Positions 38,050-47,500 of a DNA stretch of 64,000 bases are shown in pieces. This DNA is from Candidatus Woesearchaeota archaeon (GTDB lineage Archaea; Nanobdellota; Nanobdellia; Woesearchaeales; JAGVZT01), in the NCBI GenBank assembly GCA_043812815.1, contig JBDRLT010000037.1, forward strand, positions 16,965 to 80,964, written 5' to 3'. The first letter of the stretch is position 1. Every line of letters begins with the position of its first letter. The notes beneath the pieces were generated by a model. It saw only the letters and a program-made list of their open reading frames with translations, made no database searches and was not told the DNA's origin. The translations under genes and the position numbers were made by a program.

Positions 38050-38732
38050 TTTTCAGCCTCTGGCTTCTCTTTTTTAGCTTTTTTTACTCTTTTTGCTTTT
38101 GGTTTCTCTTTAACCTCTTCAATAATAACATCTGGAGTCTCCCTAATCGTAATCCTATCTGGAAGTCTGACATCGGGTGGCATAATGCTTACCCGTATTC
38201 CAATAATCCCTGACTTAAGCTGTGCAATAACCGTGGCCTTCCTAACACCAGTCATGCTAATATCCCCGCACTTTTTCAGATAACCACCATAAACTCTCCA
38301 TGTTCTAGCACGCGCACTTGGCAGCTTTCCGCTCAGGTGTATCTCTGTCCCAAGTGCTCCCGCCGCCAATACATTTTCCATAGTCTTGTGCATAATGCCT
38401 TTGAATCGCTGGCTCCCAAACCGCTCAAGGCTCATGGCAATCATGTCAGCCACAATATTTGGATCCAGGTAAATATTCTCAACTTCTCCCACCTCAATCT
38501 GGGGATTCTCCAACCCGAACAGCTCCTTCAAATCCTCGGTGAGCTTCCTGATATTCTGTCCCTGCCTGCCAACCACAAGACCAGGCCTGGATGCATAAAT
38601 TATAATCTTCTCTCCAAGGGGAGTTTTCTGCAATTTTGTGTCTGAGTATCCGCTCTTCCTGAGATTAGTTGCCACATACTCCTGTATCTGGAACTCCTTG
38701 ATCCTTTTTGCAACAATATCTCTCTCTATCAT
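38046..38732 (-). CDS. rps3: 30S ribosomal protein S3 (uS3)
   Basis: KH-domain IIIYASRPGLVVGRQGQNIRKLTEDL, with a Lys-rich C-terminal tail. Confidence 0.85.
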   Translation of the reverse strand: MIERDIVAKRIKEFQIQEYVATNLRKSGYSDTKLQKTPLGEKIIIYASRPGLVVGRQGQNIRKLTEDLKELFGLENPQIEVGEVENIYLDPNIVADMIAMSLERFGSQRFKGIMHKTMENVLAAGALGTEIHLSGKLPSARARTWRVYGGYLKKCGDISMTGVRKATVIAQLKSGIIGIRVSIMPPDVRLPDRITIRETPDVIIEEVKEKPKAKRVKKAKKEKPEAEK

Positions 38733-39211
38733 TTTTTAACCTCTGCAGCTGGTTTAACCTTAGTCGGCTTCTCTTTTTCAACTTTTTCCTCTAACACAAC
38801 CTCAACATGACTCCTCTTCATCTTTCTACCAAGATGTCTGCTTTGGTGATAAGGTCTTGAAGCAATGTGTGCACACACATGCTTAATCCGCAAATCTGCA
38901 ACACTCAGCCCCTTAAACTGTGCATTTGCAGTCGCACTTTGTACCAGCTTCAATATCTCCTTGCAGGTATTCACAGGGTACCTTCCAGGCCCAACCGCTT
39001 TTCTATGAGCCAGATCCCTCAAATGCCTTCTGAATGGAATAGCCTCTTTCTTCGCAATAACGCGCTCGAGCAGAGCATTTGCATCATCAACCCTTTTGCC
39101 TCTAATAGCATTGCACACCTGCTCTGCATGTTTGGCAGATATGCTCAGAGATATCCCCACTGCTTTTGCACTCTTCTCGTCCATCTCCTTTAACGCATAT
39201 TTGTAGCTCAT
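38729..39211 (-). CDS. rpl22: 50S ribosomal protein L22 (uL22); start at the internal Met, the ORF is listed to 39280
   Basis: SAKHAEQVCNAIRGKRVDDANALLE... Confidence 0.8.
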   Translation of the reverse strand: MSYKYALKEMDEKSAKAVGISLSISAKHAEQVCNAIRGKRVDDANALLERVIAKKEAIPFRRHLRDLAHRKAVGPGRYPVNTCKEILKLVQSATANAQFKGLSVADLRIKHVCAHIASRPYHQSRHLGRKMKRSHVEVVLEEKVEKEKPTKVKPAAEVKK

Positions 39212-39212
39212 C

Positions 39213-39605
39213 TTAATGCTTACCGCCACCCATTGCTCCGCTTGACTTGGTCGCGCCCACCCCTGGTGCGTGATGCTCAACCTTTTTCCTCGTCATAACC
39301 AGTTCGCCGAAAACATGCCCAATCATCTCGGGTATGATCGTAATTGCCATATAATCTTTTCCTCTGTGAATCCTTATAGTCCTGCCAACCATGCCAGGCA
39401 GCACAACCATTTCTCTGTTGTGAGTCTTCAAGGCTTTATCTTTCTTCTCTTCAAGCTTCTTCATGAAAATCTTCTGTGGTTTGGTGAGCCCTCTAGTAAG
39501 AGCCCTCCTCCGTCTTGCAGTGTACAGCCCAGCTAGCTCCTTAATGCTCATGGTTTTAAGCTGATCCAATGATTTTCCCCGATATTTAAACTCTTTAAGT
39601 ACCAT
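39213..39605 (-). CDS. rps19: 30S ribosomal protein S19 (uS19)
   Basis: VVLPGMVGRTIRIHRGKDYMAITI. Confidence 0.85.
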   Translation of the reverse strand: MVLKEFKYRGKSLDQLKTMSIKELAGLYTARRRRALTRGLTKPQKIFMKKLEEKKDKALKTHNREMVVLPGMVGRTIRIHRGKDYMAITIIPEMIGHVFGELVMTRKKVEHHAPGVGATKSSGAMGGGKH

Positions 39606-39607
39606 TT

Positions 39608-40327
39608 TTATTTACCTTTCTTACCGCCAGTCCTTCTTGGGCTCAACATGCCCACTTTCCTTCCAGGAGGCGCAAACCTTGGTGCAATAGTAGGCCTTCC
39701 TTTACGGGAGCTCCTACTGCCACCATATGGGTGGTCAACTGCATTCATTGCCTGCGCAGTAACCAATGGATAGTATTTGCCCTTTGCCTTCATACGGTGA
39801 TATCTGTTGCCTGCTTTCAGGAATGGTTTCTCTCTTCTGCCAGCACCGGCAACCATGCCAATCATAGCTCTGCAGTTCGGATTTAACTCTTTCTGTTTTT
39901 TGGATGGCAACTCAATTACTACCTTATCATTCGTCTTTGCCAGTACCTTTGCAGTCACTCCTGAGCTTCGCACAAATTTACCGCCATCACCAGGCTGGCT
40001 CTCAACATTGCAAATCAAAGTCCCTTCTGGAATGCTTTTCAGGGGCAGCGTGTTTCCAACCTTCACTGCTGCAGCAGAGCCCATCACAATAACATCGCCC
40101 ACCTGCACGCCGGCTGGTGCAATCAACAGCCCCTCAGTTTTATCCTCATATACAACCTCAATAACCGGGCTGCTATGCCCAGCACAATGCACAATATCCT
40201 TAATCACGCCAGTAATCGGACCTACGGCAAGAGGGTGATACTTGCTCTCCCCCTTAAACCTATGACTCCTAGCCCTGTAGCTAAAAGAGCCTTTTCCTCG
40301 CTTTTGCTGAGTCAGATTCTTACCCAT
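39608..40327 (-). CDS. rpl2: 50S ribosomal protein L2 (uL2)
   Basis: GRNSSGKITVRHRGGG-type motifs, here GGSRSSRKGRPTIAPR and HPYGG. Confidence 0.9.
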   Translation of the reverse strand: MGKNLTQQKRGKGSFSYRARSHRFKGESKYHPLAVGPITGVIKDIVHCAGHSSPVIEVVYEDKTEGLLIAPAGVQVGDVIVMGSAAAVKVGNTLPLKSIPEGTLICNVESQPGDGGKFVRSSGVTAKVLAKTNDKVVIELPSKKQKELNPNCRAMIGMVAGAGRREKPFLKAGNRYHRMKAKGKYYPLVTAQAMNAVDHPYGGSRSSRKGRPTIAPRFAPPGRKVGMLSPRRTGGKKGK

Positions 40328-40328
40328 T

Positions 40329-40589
40329 TCACATCAGTCCGAGCTGAGTTGCCACATCAATTGCTGGCGTCTCTTCACTCAACTTCACATATGCTCTTTT
40401 TTTGCCATCTGGCCCGATTTTCGTGTTGGTTTTCACAACCTTAACCTTAAACATCTCTTCAACTGCCCGCTTAATATCCTGTTTTGAAGCCTTAATATCT
40501 ACCATAAACACTAGCTTGTTCTCAGCTTCCATCAGCCTGATTGATTTCTCAGTTGATACCGGATATTTTATCACTTGGTCAGTTTCCAT
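40329..40589 (-). CDS. rpl23: 50S ribosomal protein L23 (uL23); start at the internal Met, the ORF is listed to 40778
   Basis: IKYPVSTEKSIRLMEAENKLVFMVDIKASKQDIKRAVEEMFKVKV. Confidence 0.8.
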   Translation of the reverse strand: METDQVIKYPVSTEKSIRLMEAENKLVFMVDIKASKQDIKRAVEEMFKVKVVKTNTKIGPDGKKRAYVKLSEETPAIDVATQLGLM

Positions 40590-40590
40590 T

Positions 40591-41394
40591 TTACATAAAC
40601 AGTTTCTCCTCCTCCATAAGCTTAAGGGCAGCCTCGCTCCATAGTGTAAGCCTTCCAGGCTCACCGCCAGGCGCCAGCATCTCGACATTAACATGTTTAA
40701 CATCCACAACATCAACGCCAGCCAGATTAGTGGCTGCCTTAAGCAACTTGCAATCATCAGACACAACCAACAAAACACCCTTCTTCCTCTTGTATTTCCT
40801 GCCTCTACCCTTTCCTTTACCTGCCCTAACCTTTTTCTGGCTGGCTCTGTCCAAATCCTTTTCCAAACCCAATTTCCTCAATATCACATCGACCTGCTTT
40901 GTTTTGTCGAGATCCTCAAATTTCTTAGACAACACAAATGGAAAACCAGCAGGCACAGCATTCCGTTTGGCAACAAGCTCAATATCCATTGTTGCTGCTA
41001 TCGCGCTTCTAATCGCTTTTCTGCGCTCCTTCTTGTTGATTCGCTGCTCCCAGACCTTCTCTGCTTTTGGGGGAAATGCGCGCCTGCCACCCACTGCCTG
41101 CGGTGATTCAGCACCCACCCAGCTAAATCTTGAGCCTCGCTTAATATGAATCTTTCTGGCAATCCTTGATATTCCATGACCATAACTTGTTTTATAATCC
41201 CTTCTTCTCTTTGAGATATGAGCTGAATGCCTCATTCCAGCTTCAGGGCTTGCTCCATATGCCTGCCTCTGGGCACTCTGCAATGCCAGCACCCCTCTGC
41301 GGATCAAATCAACGCGCACCGGTTCCTTAAATTGCAGAGGCAACTCTACCTTGCCCACTTCCTTTTTTGCCGTATCAAAAATTGTAACCTTCAT
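40591..41394 (-). CDS. rpl4: 50S ribosomal protein L4 (uL4); start at the internal Met, the ORF is listed to 41427
   Basis: MKVTIFDTAKKEVGKVELP... Confidence 0.85.
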   Translation of the reverse strand: MKVTIFDTAKKEVGKVELPLQFKEPVRVDLIRRGVLALQSAQRQAYGASPEAGMRHSAHISKRRRDYKTSYGHGISRIARKIHIKRGSRFSWVGAESPQAVGGRRAFPPKAEKVWEQRINKKERRKAIRSAIAATMDIELVAKRNAVPAGFPFVLSKKFEDLDKTKQVDVILRKLGLEKDLDRASQKKVRAGKGKGRGRKYKRKKGVLLVVSDDCKLLKAATNLAGVDVVDVKHVNVEMLAPGGEPGRLTLWSEAALKLMEEEKLFM

Positions 41395-41395
41395 C

Positions 41396-42376
41396 CTAAG
41401 CACCCTGTTTTGAAGCCAAACTAACATAAATTATTTGAGGCGCATCTCTCATAAATCTCCTATTAGGTCTTATAGGCAGATTAAAGCGTACTATCCTTTT
41501 TGCAGGCCCGGCTATTGACCCAAAAAATAAGATATACGGGTTCTTGACCAAACCATAATGCAAAAACCCTCCCCGCGGATTAATCTCCTCTACCTTGTTG
41601 CCAATTTTCAATATACACTTGTTGTACTCAGTTCTGCTATGGTACCCCATCTTTCCAGCCTGAGGCACACTAAATAATATGTGGGCAGGATGCCAAGGTC
41701 CCAATGTCCCAATACCCCTCTTAGCCTTCTCGGTTTTTCTGCCTCTTATCTTAGTCCCGAACCTCTTGGTGGTGCCCTGGAACCCCTTGCCTCTTGTGAC
41801 AGCTTTAACATCAACCTGCTGCCCCTCCTTAAAAACATCTGTGATCGGAATCTCTTTGCCTACCAGCCCCTTGGCAAACTCAAATTTTGCCTTGATATCA
41901 CTCCCGCCAATCCCCATCTCAAAAATTTCAGGCATCTTTTTGCCAATGCCAGTAAGCTTTGGCTGAGTATAAACCAAAACCCGCAAATCATCAAACTCCT
42001 CAGGCTTCATCTTCTCCAGAGTGGCTGCTTTCTTAGCCAAAACAACCTTCCTGTTCAACTCCTTATCCTTTGCAACAACAACCTCAGAAGCAGCAACCAA
42101 ACCCTTTAATGTTTTTTTGTAAAATCTGATAGAAAAAATTTTGATGGCAGGACACTCAACAACTGTGACGGGCACAACAATTTCCTCATCCTTTGATCTG
42201 GAGTTGGGGTTGTTGTCCCTCACAACAATGTGAGTCATCCCTGCCTTATAACCAGCAAAACCCAAAAATCCAGCCTCGCCCTTTGGCCAAGTTCTTACCT
42301 TGGTGTACTGGCGAGCAGCCCTCTTTCTAGGCCAATACTGTAAACTTCCTCGTCTTGGCTGTCTTGTCGTTGCCAT
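41396..42376 (-). CDS. rpl3: 50S ribosomal protein L3 (uL3), first gene of the cluster
   Basis: FLGFAGYKAGMTHIV...HYGLVKNPYILFFGSIAGPAKR. Confidence 0.9.
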   Translation of the reverse strand: MATTRQPRRGSLQYWPRKRAARQYTKVRTWPKGEAGFLGFAGYKAGMTHIVVRDNNPNSRSKDEEIVVPVTVVECPAIKIFSIRFYKKTLKGLVAASEVVVAKDKELNRKVVLAKKAATLEKMKPEEFDDLRVLVYTQPKLTGIGKKMPEIFEMGIGGSDIKAKFEFAKGLVGKEIPITDVFKEGQQVDVKAVTRGKGFQGTTKRFGTKIRGRKTEKAKRGIGTLGPWHPAHILFSVPQAGKMGYHSRTEYNKCILKIGNKVEEINPRGGFLHYGLVKNPYILFFGSIAGPAKRIVRFNLPIRPNRRFMRDAPQIIYVSLASKQGA

Positions 42377-42656
42377 AAAACCACTTGATCACCTAAGCTG
42401 AGGGCCTTATACCAAGTATAACTCCCTCATCAGTCAAACGCCTTTTCATGGGCCCTTTTTCCGAGAAAAGAGGTCACCGCTTGAAAAGCACCCTTTTCAG
42501 GCATTATTAAGACACTGAGTGTCTTTCCTACTATCACCCCGAAACACTAAGGGGTGTTAGTATTGTCTTTATAAATGTATCGGTAGCAATACTATATTAT
42601 AGATACTATATTATAATATGTTTAATTGGTACAAACCGCATCCAGAAAGCAGAGCC

Positions 42657-43631
42657 TCAAATCTTCTTAACCTTAACAGGCATGCTCTTCAGGATGCGCA
42701 TTGCCTTTCTATAGCTCAGCAACCCGCCTTTTGCCCCTCTGCATTGGATAACAGACTCTGCATTTATCAAACCCAATTTCAATGCAAACCGCAAATCATT
42801 TTTCCTCAGCAATCCAGACACAAAACCAGCAGCAAAAGAGTCCCCTGCACCGGTTGCCTCCACCACTTTTAGCTTGTGGGCTTGCACATACAAGAACTCG
42901 CTGCCATCATAGGCATACAAACCCTCTTTGCCACACGTGACAATAACTATCCTAGGTCCAAGTTCCCTCAACTTTGCCAGCAAATCCTTAACACACCCCT
43001 TACCTACAACCAACTCTGCCTCTTCCTTATTAAGCACCAAAACCGTTGTGCACTTCAGCACCTTTCCCAAATAGCGCGACCCTTTTGCAGCAAGATAACT
43101 CGACGGGTTAAACGCCACCTTTATTCTGTGTTTCAAAGCATACTCTGCGAGCTTCTCAAGCACCTTATATGAATCATCAACCAGCGAGGAGAAATAAAAC
43201 CACTCTGTTTTCAGTCTGCTAAGTTTGATCTCCCCAAAACTATAACCATCTATCGCACCTTTGTAGGTAAGAATAGTACGGTCATGCTCAATACTGTCCA
43301 AAATAATTGAGTAGCCTGTCATCTCAGAGGATAATGACCCCAGAAAATCAACCCTGTGCGTTCTCAGCAGCTCCCTGACCCTCCTGCCGCCGTCATCCCT
43401 GCCAATCTTCCCGAGATAACCCACCTTATGCCCAAGTTTGGCAAAGGCAACAGCAGTATTTGTACCCCCTCCGCCAATCATAAACTCAATATTCTTTATC
43501 AAAATCTTAGAACCCAGAGGGTAGGCAAGCAGCTCCTCACTCCTGTGCTTGCTTCTAATCTTTATCAGCTCAGAATCAGTATCCACAAACACATCCACTG
43601 TTGCAGAGCCAACAGTTATCACATCATACAT
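42657..43631 (-). CDS. PfkB-family carbohydrate/nucleoside kinase (ribokinase-like)
   Basis: GGGGTNTAVAFAKLG, anion hole EATGAGDSFAAGF. The ORF is listed from 43652; the Met at 43631 is equally plausible. Confidence 0.7.
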   Translation of the reverse strand: MYDVITVGSATVDVFVDTDSELIKIRSKHRSEELLAYPLGSKILIKNIEFMIGGGGTNTAVAFAKLGHKVGYLGKIGRDDGGRRVRELLRTHRVDFLGSLSSEMTGYSIILDSIEHDRTILTYKGAIDGYSFGEIKLSRLKTEWFYFSSLVDDSYKVLEKLAEYALKHRIKVAFNPSSYLAAKGSRYLGKVLKCTTVLVLNKEEAELVVGKGCVKDLLAKLRELGPRIVIVTCGKEGLYAYDGSEFLYVQAHKLKVVEATGAGDSFAAGFVSGLLRKNDLRFALKLGLINAESVIQCRGAKGGLLSYRKAMRILKSMPVKVKKI

Positions 43632-43654
43632 GTTTTGTCCTGGCAAATACAACT

Positions 43655-44581
43655 TTAAAAAACTTTGCTTTGCTTTGCTTCCTCTAGCGTATCAAGTCTT
43701 CTTGTGGTGAGATGATAAATAATAGTTGTGGCAATATTAATTGAAAAAAGAATTCTATTAATCTTGCTGCTCTTGGTGGCAAACTCATCCTCTGTGTTTG
43801 TCCTAATCTGACCGCAAACATTGTACGCATCAACAGCAAGTTCACGCCTAGGTTTATACCAAAACTCATAACTAATTCTGAACAGCTTGTTCATCTTGCT
43901 GAGAATACGCAGCACATCATTGTCTGGCTTAACCTCTGAAAGCAGCATCGCCAGATTCTTCAGCTCATCGCCCAAAGATTCTATAGACTCAATCAGATAA
44001 TAAGTGGTTGCCCTGCCAAAGCTCATCACCTGCTGGCTTTTGTTGAGTTTCCGCAGGCAAAAATATGTGAACTTGTTCACATCTATGTCTTGGTCGTACA
44101 CATTCTTCAATGCCTCTTTATCATTGGCATGCCAAGCCTCCTGGCAAGTCTTTGCCATATCCATCAGTATAAGAAAGGCTCTGCGCAACAGGACCTCTGG
44201 ATCCAATTCAAGGTTCTGGGAAATCACCTGAATCTCCATGCTGTCCTTGTCAATATTCAAAATCTCATACCCCATCAACTCAGGCATCTTCTGTTTAACT
44301 GCCAGCATCAGCTCAGGATTATCAAACTTTATCGTGATCTTGTCATAGCCTTTTTGGTAAGCCTTGGTGATAAAACGGTCCGCCAGCCTGGGCACTAATC
44401 CACTCAAATCAAAAGTTATCTCTTCAGCTGCCAATCCCTTCTCAGACGATACAGTGAGTGCATTCTCATGCTCCAGCAGGTTGATCTCATCACCAGCCTT
44501 CAGATTATTGCTCTTCGTCCAGGCAGAGGGCAGAGTGAGCGTGAGCGCATTTTTTCCCTGCTTAACTAGCTTTCTTCGCAT
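43655..44581 (-). CDS. AbrB/SpoVT-domain plus PhoU-like domain regulator (archaeal phosphate-uptake-regulator-type)
   Basis: N-terminal swapped-hairpin MRRKLVKQGKNALTLTLPSAWTKSNNLKAGDEINL, then a helical PhoU-like C-terminal region. Confidence 0.45.
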   Translation of the reverse strand: MRRKLVKQGKNALTLTLPSAWTKSNNLKAGDEINLLEHENALTVSSEKGLAAEEITFDLSGLVPRLADRFITKAYQKGYDKITIKFDNPELMLAVKQKMPELMGYEILNIDKDSMEIQVISQNLELDPEVLLRRAFLILMDMAKTCQEAWHANDKEALKNVYDQDIDVNKFTYFCLRKLNKSQQVMSFGRATTYYLIESIESLGDELKNLAMLLSEVKPDNDVLRILSKMNKLFRISYEFWYKPRRELAVDAYNVCGQIRTNTEDEFATKSSKINRILFSINIATTIIYHLTTRRLDTLEEAKQSKVF

Positions 44582-44732
44582 AGCGAGAAAGAACCAAAAC
44601 CCATATTAAAATATTATTCTAATATATCAGTTATATTCCAGTATATCTCATATATATTAAATATACGTTAACAATATATGTGAAACTGCATTCTTTCCAT
44701 ATGGTGATCTGGTTTAGAGGGGATAAGCCAAA

Positions 44733-45089
44733 ATGGCCAAATCATTTGAAAACTGGAACACAGATTGTCTGGTGTGTGGAGAATCAATCACCAACCCAAT
44801 CTGCACTGAATGTTTGGGAAAGGAAATAGTAGACTGGGCTGCAAACACCGATCCAGCTCTTGTTCCATACATCCGTTTGCTGGCTCGCAACATACCCAGG
44901 GAAGAAAACGAGACTAAGTGCATAGTCTGTGGGAACCGCATTGACACCTGCAACTACTGCTTTCTAAATGAGGTGCTGCAATTCATCAGGCACAACTCAC
45001 CTGAGCTAACCAACAGCTTCTTGGAACACTTTAGCTATTTCCCACGCTACACACAGACTCCAAGCGACAAAAATCTGATTGCAGAATAA
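44733..45089 (+). CDS. double zinc-ribbon hypothetical protein
   Basis: CLVCGx10CTEC and CIVCGx6CNYC. Confidence 0.5.
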   Translation: MAKSFENWNTDCLVCGESITNPICTECLGKEIVDWAANTDPALVPYIRLLARNIPREENETKCIVCGNRIDTCNYCFLNEVLQFIRHNSPELTNSFLEHFSYFPRYTQTPSDKNLIAE

Positions 45090-45106
45090 AGACCAATTGC
45101 TTAAAA

Positions 45107-45442
45107 ATGTCAAACTACACAGAAAAGTATGACCTGGATGGAGTGGCTTTCGATTCACTCTCAAGAAGAGGCAGAAAAGAGTATGAGCTTGAGCAGCACG
45201 ATAGGGAATCGCTCAAGCAAATCAGCCTCAAACTCGAGCAGGGACTCTACACCGACCCATTAGAAGTCCGGGAACATTTGGAATACATTGAAAACCTAAT
45301 TGAGGAAATCGGCAATATCGTCAAACTGGAAGAGCAGCTGGGCATTGTCAATTTGACACTAAAAAGAGATTTCTTAAGCATAAAACTGCAGTTTGACAGG
45401 CTTGGTGCCCACCTCACCCGACTTGAAAGCTCCAGACAATAA
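45107..45442 (+). CDS. hypothetical coiled-coil protein
   Basis: 111 aa, helical heptad-like. No domain. Confidence 0.4.
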   Translation: MSNYTEKYDLDGVAFDSLSRRGRKEYELEQHDRESLKQISLKLEQGLYTDPLEVREHLEYIENLIEEIGNIVKLEEQLGIVNLTLKRDFLSIKLQFDRLGAHLTRLESSRQ

Positions 45443-45473
45443 ACTTATATACATCTTTACATACGCATAACTT

Positions 45474-46331
45474 ATGCAATTCTTTGACCTGGCATATCAG
45501 AAGAAACACCTAACCCAGATAAGTAATTTCAAGTCAATTAGAGCTGCACTGCAGCTGGCTGAGCAAGCCCACGCAATGCAAAAGCGTGACAATGGCACAC
45601 CCTATATCCTCCACCCTATCCGAGCTGCAAATTATCTCTATTATAACCTTATAATCCAAGATCCAGACCTTATCTCAGCAGCCCTGCTCCACGACATCAT
45701 AGAGGACACAAACATCGGCCTCAAAACACTGGAACATAAATTTGGAAGAAAAGTGAGCGCACTTGTCAAAACCCTCACCCGCAGACCCAACCAAACCAAG
45801 CTCCAAAAATTCAAGGAAACTCTCAAGCAACCTAAGAAAATAAGATTACTCAAGGCAGTGGACTGGTTAGACAACCTCACCGAGACAAAATTGGTGCGCA
45901 AAAGAGACAAAAAATACTTTCGGATTCTCAAGGAAGCTGAAACATTGTATTTCCCGCTGGCAAAATCTGTCAGCAGCCAAATCGCAAAGGATACAGTTAG
46001 CGTAATCCTCTCTGGCTCTAGAAGATTCTCCCACAGAGTCTATGCGGCATGCCTCAAAGTCCCGGCAGGAAAAATCACCACCTACAAGGCAATTGCCCAG
46101 AAACTCAACACAAAAGCATACAGAGCAATAGGTCAGGCACTCCGCCACAACCCCTTTGCCCCTATTGTCCCCTGCCACCGTGTGGTATCCTCCTCTGGTA
46201 AGATTGGCGGTTTTCAGGGCAAGACTAAAGGAAAACCTGTCAAACAGAAAATCAACATACTAAAAAAAGAGGGTATTGCTTTTTCCCACACCAAAATTGC
46301 CAATTTTGAGCAGGCACACTATCCCTTCTAG
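45474..46331 (+). CDS. fusion protein: SpoT/RelA-type HD (ppGpp-hydrolase-like) domain plus MGMT/Ogt C-terminal DNA-binding alkyltransferase domain
   Basis: The N-terminal half has HAMQKRDNGTPYILHPIRAANYL...AALLHDIIEDT...FGRKVSALVKTLTR. The C-terminal half has TYKAIAQKLN...AYRAIGQALRHNPFAPIVPCHRVVSSSGKIGGF, including the PCHRV active-site Cys. Confidence 0.7.
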   Translation: MQFFDLAYQKKHLTQISNFKSIRAALQLAEQAHAMQKRDNGTPYILHPIRAANYLYYNLIIQDPDLISAALLHDIIEDTNIGLKTLEHKFGRKVSALVKTLTRRPNQTKLQKFKETLKQPKKIRLLKAVDWLDNLTETKLVRKRDKKYFRILKEAETLYFPLAKSVSSQIAKDTVSVILSGSRRFSHRVYAACLKVPAGKITTYKAIAQKLNTKAYRAIGQALRHNPFAPIVPCHRVVSSSGKIGGFQGKTKGKPVKQKINILKKEGIAFSHTKIANFEQAHYPF

Positions 46332-46334
46332 GAG

Positions 46335-46874
46335 CTACCACTCAACATCTCTCAGCTTCAGATAATAGCCTATCCTGACAGCAGCAACCGCCAGAAATGG
46401 TGTAATCAAAAATGCTCCTACTATTATCTTGGCACTCGGCATGAAAACACCTGAGCTGAGCACCACAGAGCCAGCCACAAAATCAATCCAGTCCCATGGC
46501 TTCCATGAAGCTCCAGGCTTAATGTTTACTCTTCTCTTGAAAAAACTCTTAACAGCATCTCCAAGCAATGCCCCGAATCCAATAAGAAAACCATACCAAA
46601 CCAGATTTATCTTACTATAGTCAACCAGATTTATCGCACTTATCGCAGGGTATGCAACCAGACCAGCCTGCAGCACCACGCATACAACAGCTCCAGCAAT
46701 CCCGCTCACAAACCCCCTAAATGTTTTATGGCTTCCGAAAATCGGTTTGCCATGCCACCTCTTGCCAAAATCCACCGCAGTGTCAAACCTCTTGCCAAAG
46801 ATGGCTTTTGCATAGATGGGCATACTGTTCGCAACATATGCTGGCAACATATACCACAAAATTTTCAGTATCAT
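46335..46874 (-). CDS. carS: CDP-archaeol synthase (CarS, DUF46 family)
   Basis: LPAYVANSMP...DFGKRWHGKPIFGSHKTFRGFVSGIAG, about 180 aa, 5 TM. Confidence 0.7.
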   Translation of the reverse strand: MILKILWYMLPAYVANSMPIYAKAIFGKRFDTAVDFGKRWHGKPIFGSHKTFRGFVSGIAGAVVCVVLQAGLVAYPAISAINLVDYSKINLVWYGFLIGFGALLGDAVKSFFKRRVNIKPGASWKPWDWIDFVAGSVVLSSGVFMPSAKIIVGAFLITPFLAVAAVRIGYYLKLRDVEW

Positions 46875-47449
46875 TTCAACTCGAAAATCGATTTTGTGCT
46901 ACTATTAAACTCGCGAAATCTCAGCAAAATCAGGATCTCCTCTGCAGTGCAATAAATATTCACCACCAAAGTGAGATTTATCAAAAACCCAAAAACCGCG
47001 TTTCCCAACCCAAAAAACAAACCATAAACCATGGTAAAAAACCAAGAAAAGGCTCCCAGCTTGTTTGAGATCAGATGGAAGAAAACCGGTTTCCGATACT
47101 TAGCATAACTAACAAACATTTTTGCCAAATATATTGCCACACCAATTAATACAACATAACCATATTTTGAAATCAACAAATCAGATACGCCCTGAAGCAC
47201 AAGAATAACAACAAATCCAGCAACCAAAACCAGGTTATCTACCACAGAATCAAACCATGCACCAAATTCACTTTCCTTATTGAGCAGTCGCGCGAGAAAA
47301 CCATCCAGAAAATCACTCAAGCCAGCAAGCAAGAAGCAAAACCCAACAGCAATCTGATTTTGCGCAACCCCAAAAAGAAACATTGGTGCAATAATCAACA
47401 ACCTGAACAGAGTTAGCAAGTTAGGTAAGTTCCACTGCTTCATAACCAA
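46871..47449 (-). CDS. CDP-alcohol phosphatidyltransferase (archaetidyl-serine/inositol-phosphate synthase family)
   Basis: DFLDGFLARLLNKESEFGAWFDSVVD (D-x2-DG-x2-AR...G...D-x3-D). Overlaps carS. Confidence 0.7.
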   Translation of the reverse strand: MVMKQWNLPNLLTLFRLLIIAPMFLFGVAQNQIAVGFCFLLAGLSDFLDGFLARLLNKESEFGAWFDSVVDNLVLVAGFVVILVLQGVSDLLISKYGYVVLIGVAIYLAKMFVSYAKYRKPVFFHLISNKLGAFSWFFTMVYGLFFGLGNAVFGFLINLTLVVNIYCTAEEILILLRFREFNSSTKSIFELK

Positions 47450-47500
47450 AAAAACAATAAAGAAAATTTATAAATATTTTCGTGCTCTAACACAACAAAG

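Noticed and set aside
42420-42440. C/D-box sRNA in the rpl3 leader (TGATGA on the minus strand)
   Set aside because: No matching D or D' (CTGA) boxes at the proper spacing, and no terminal stem.
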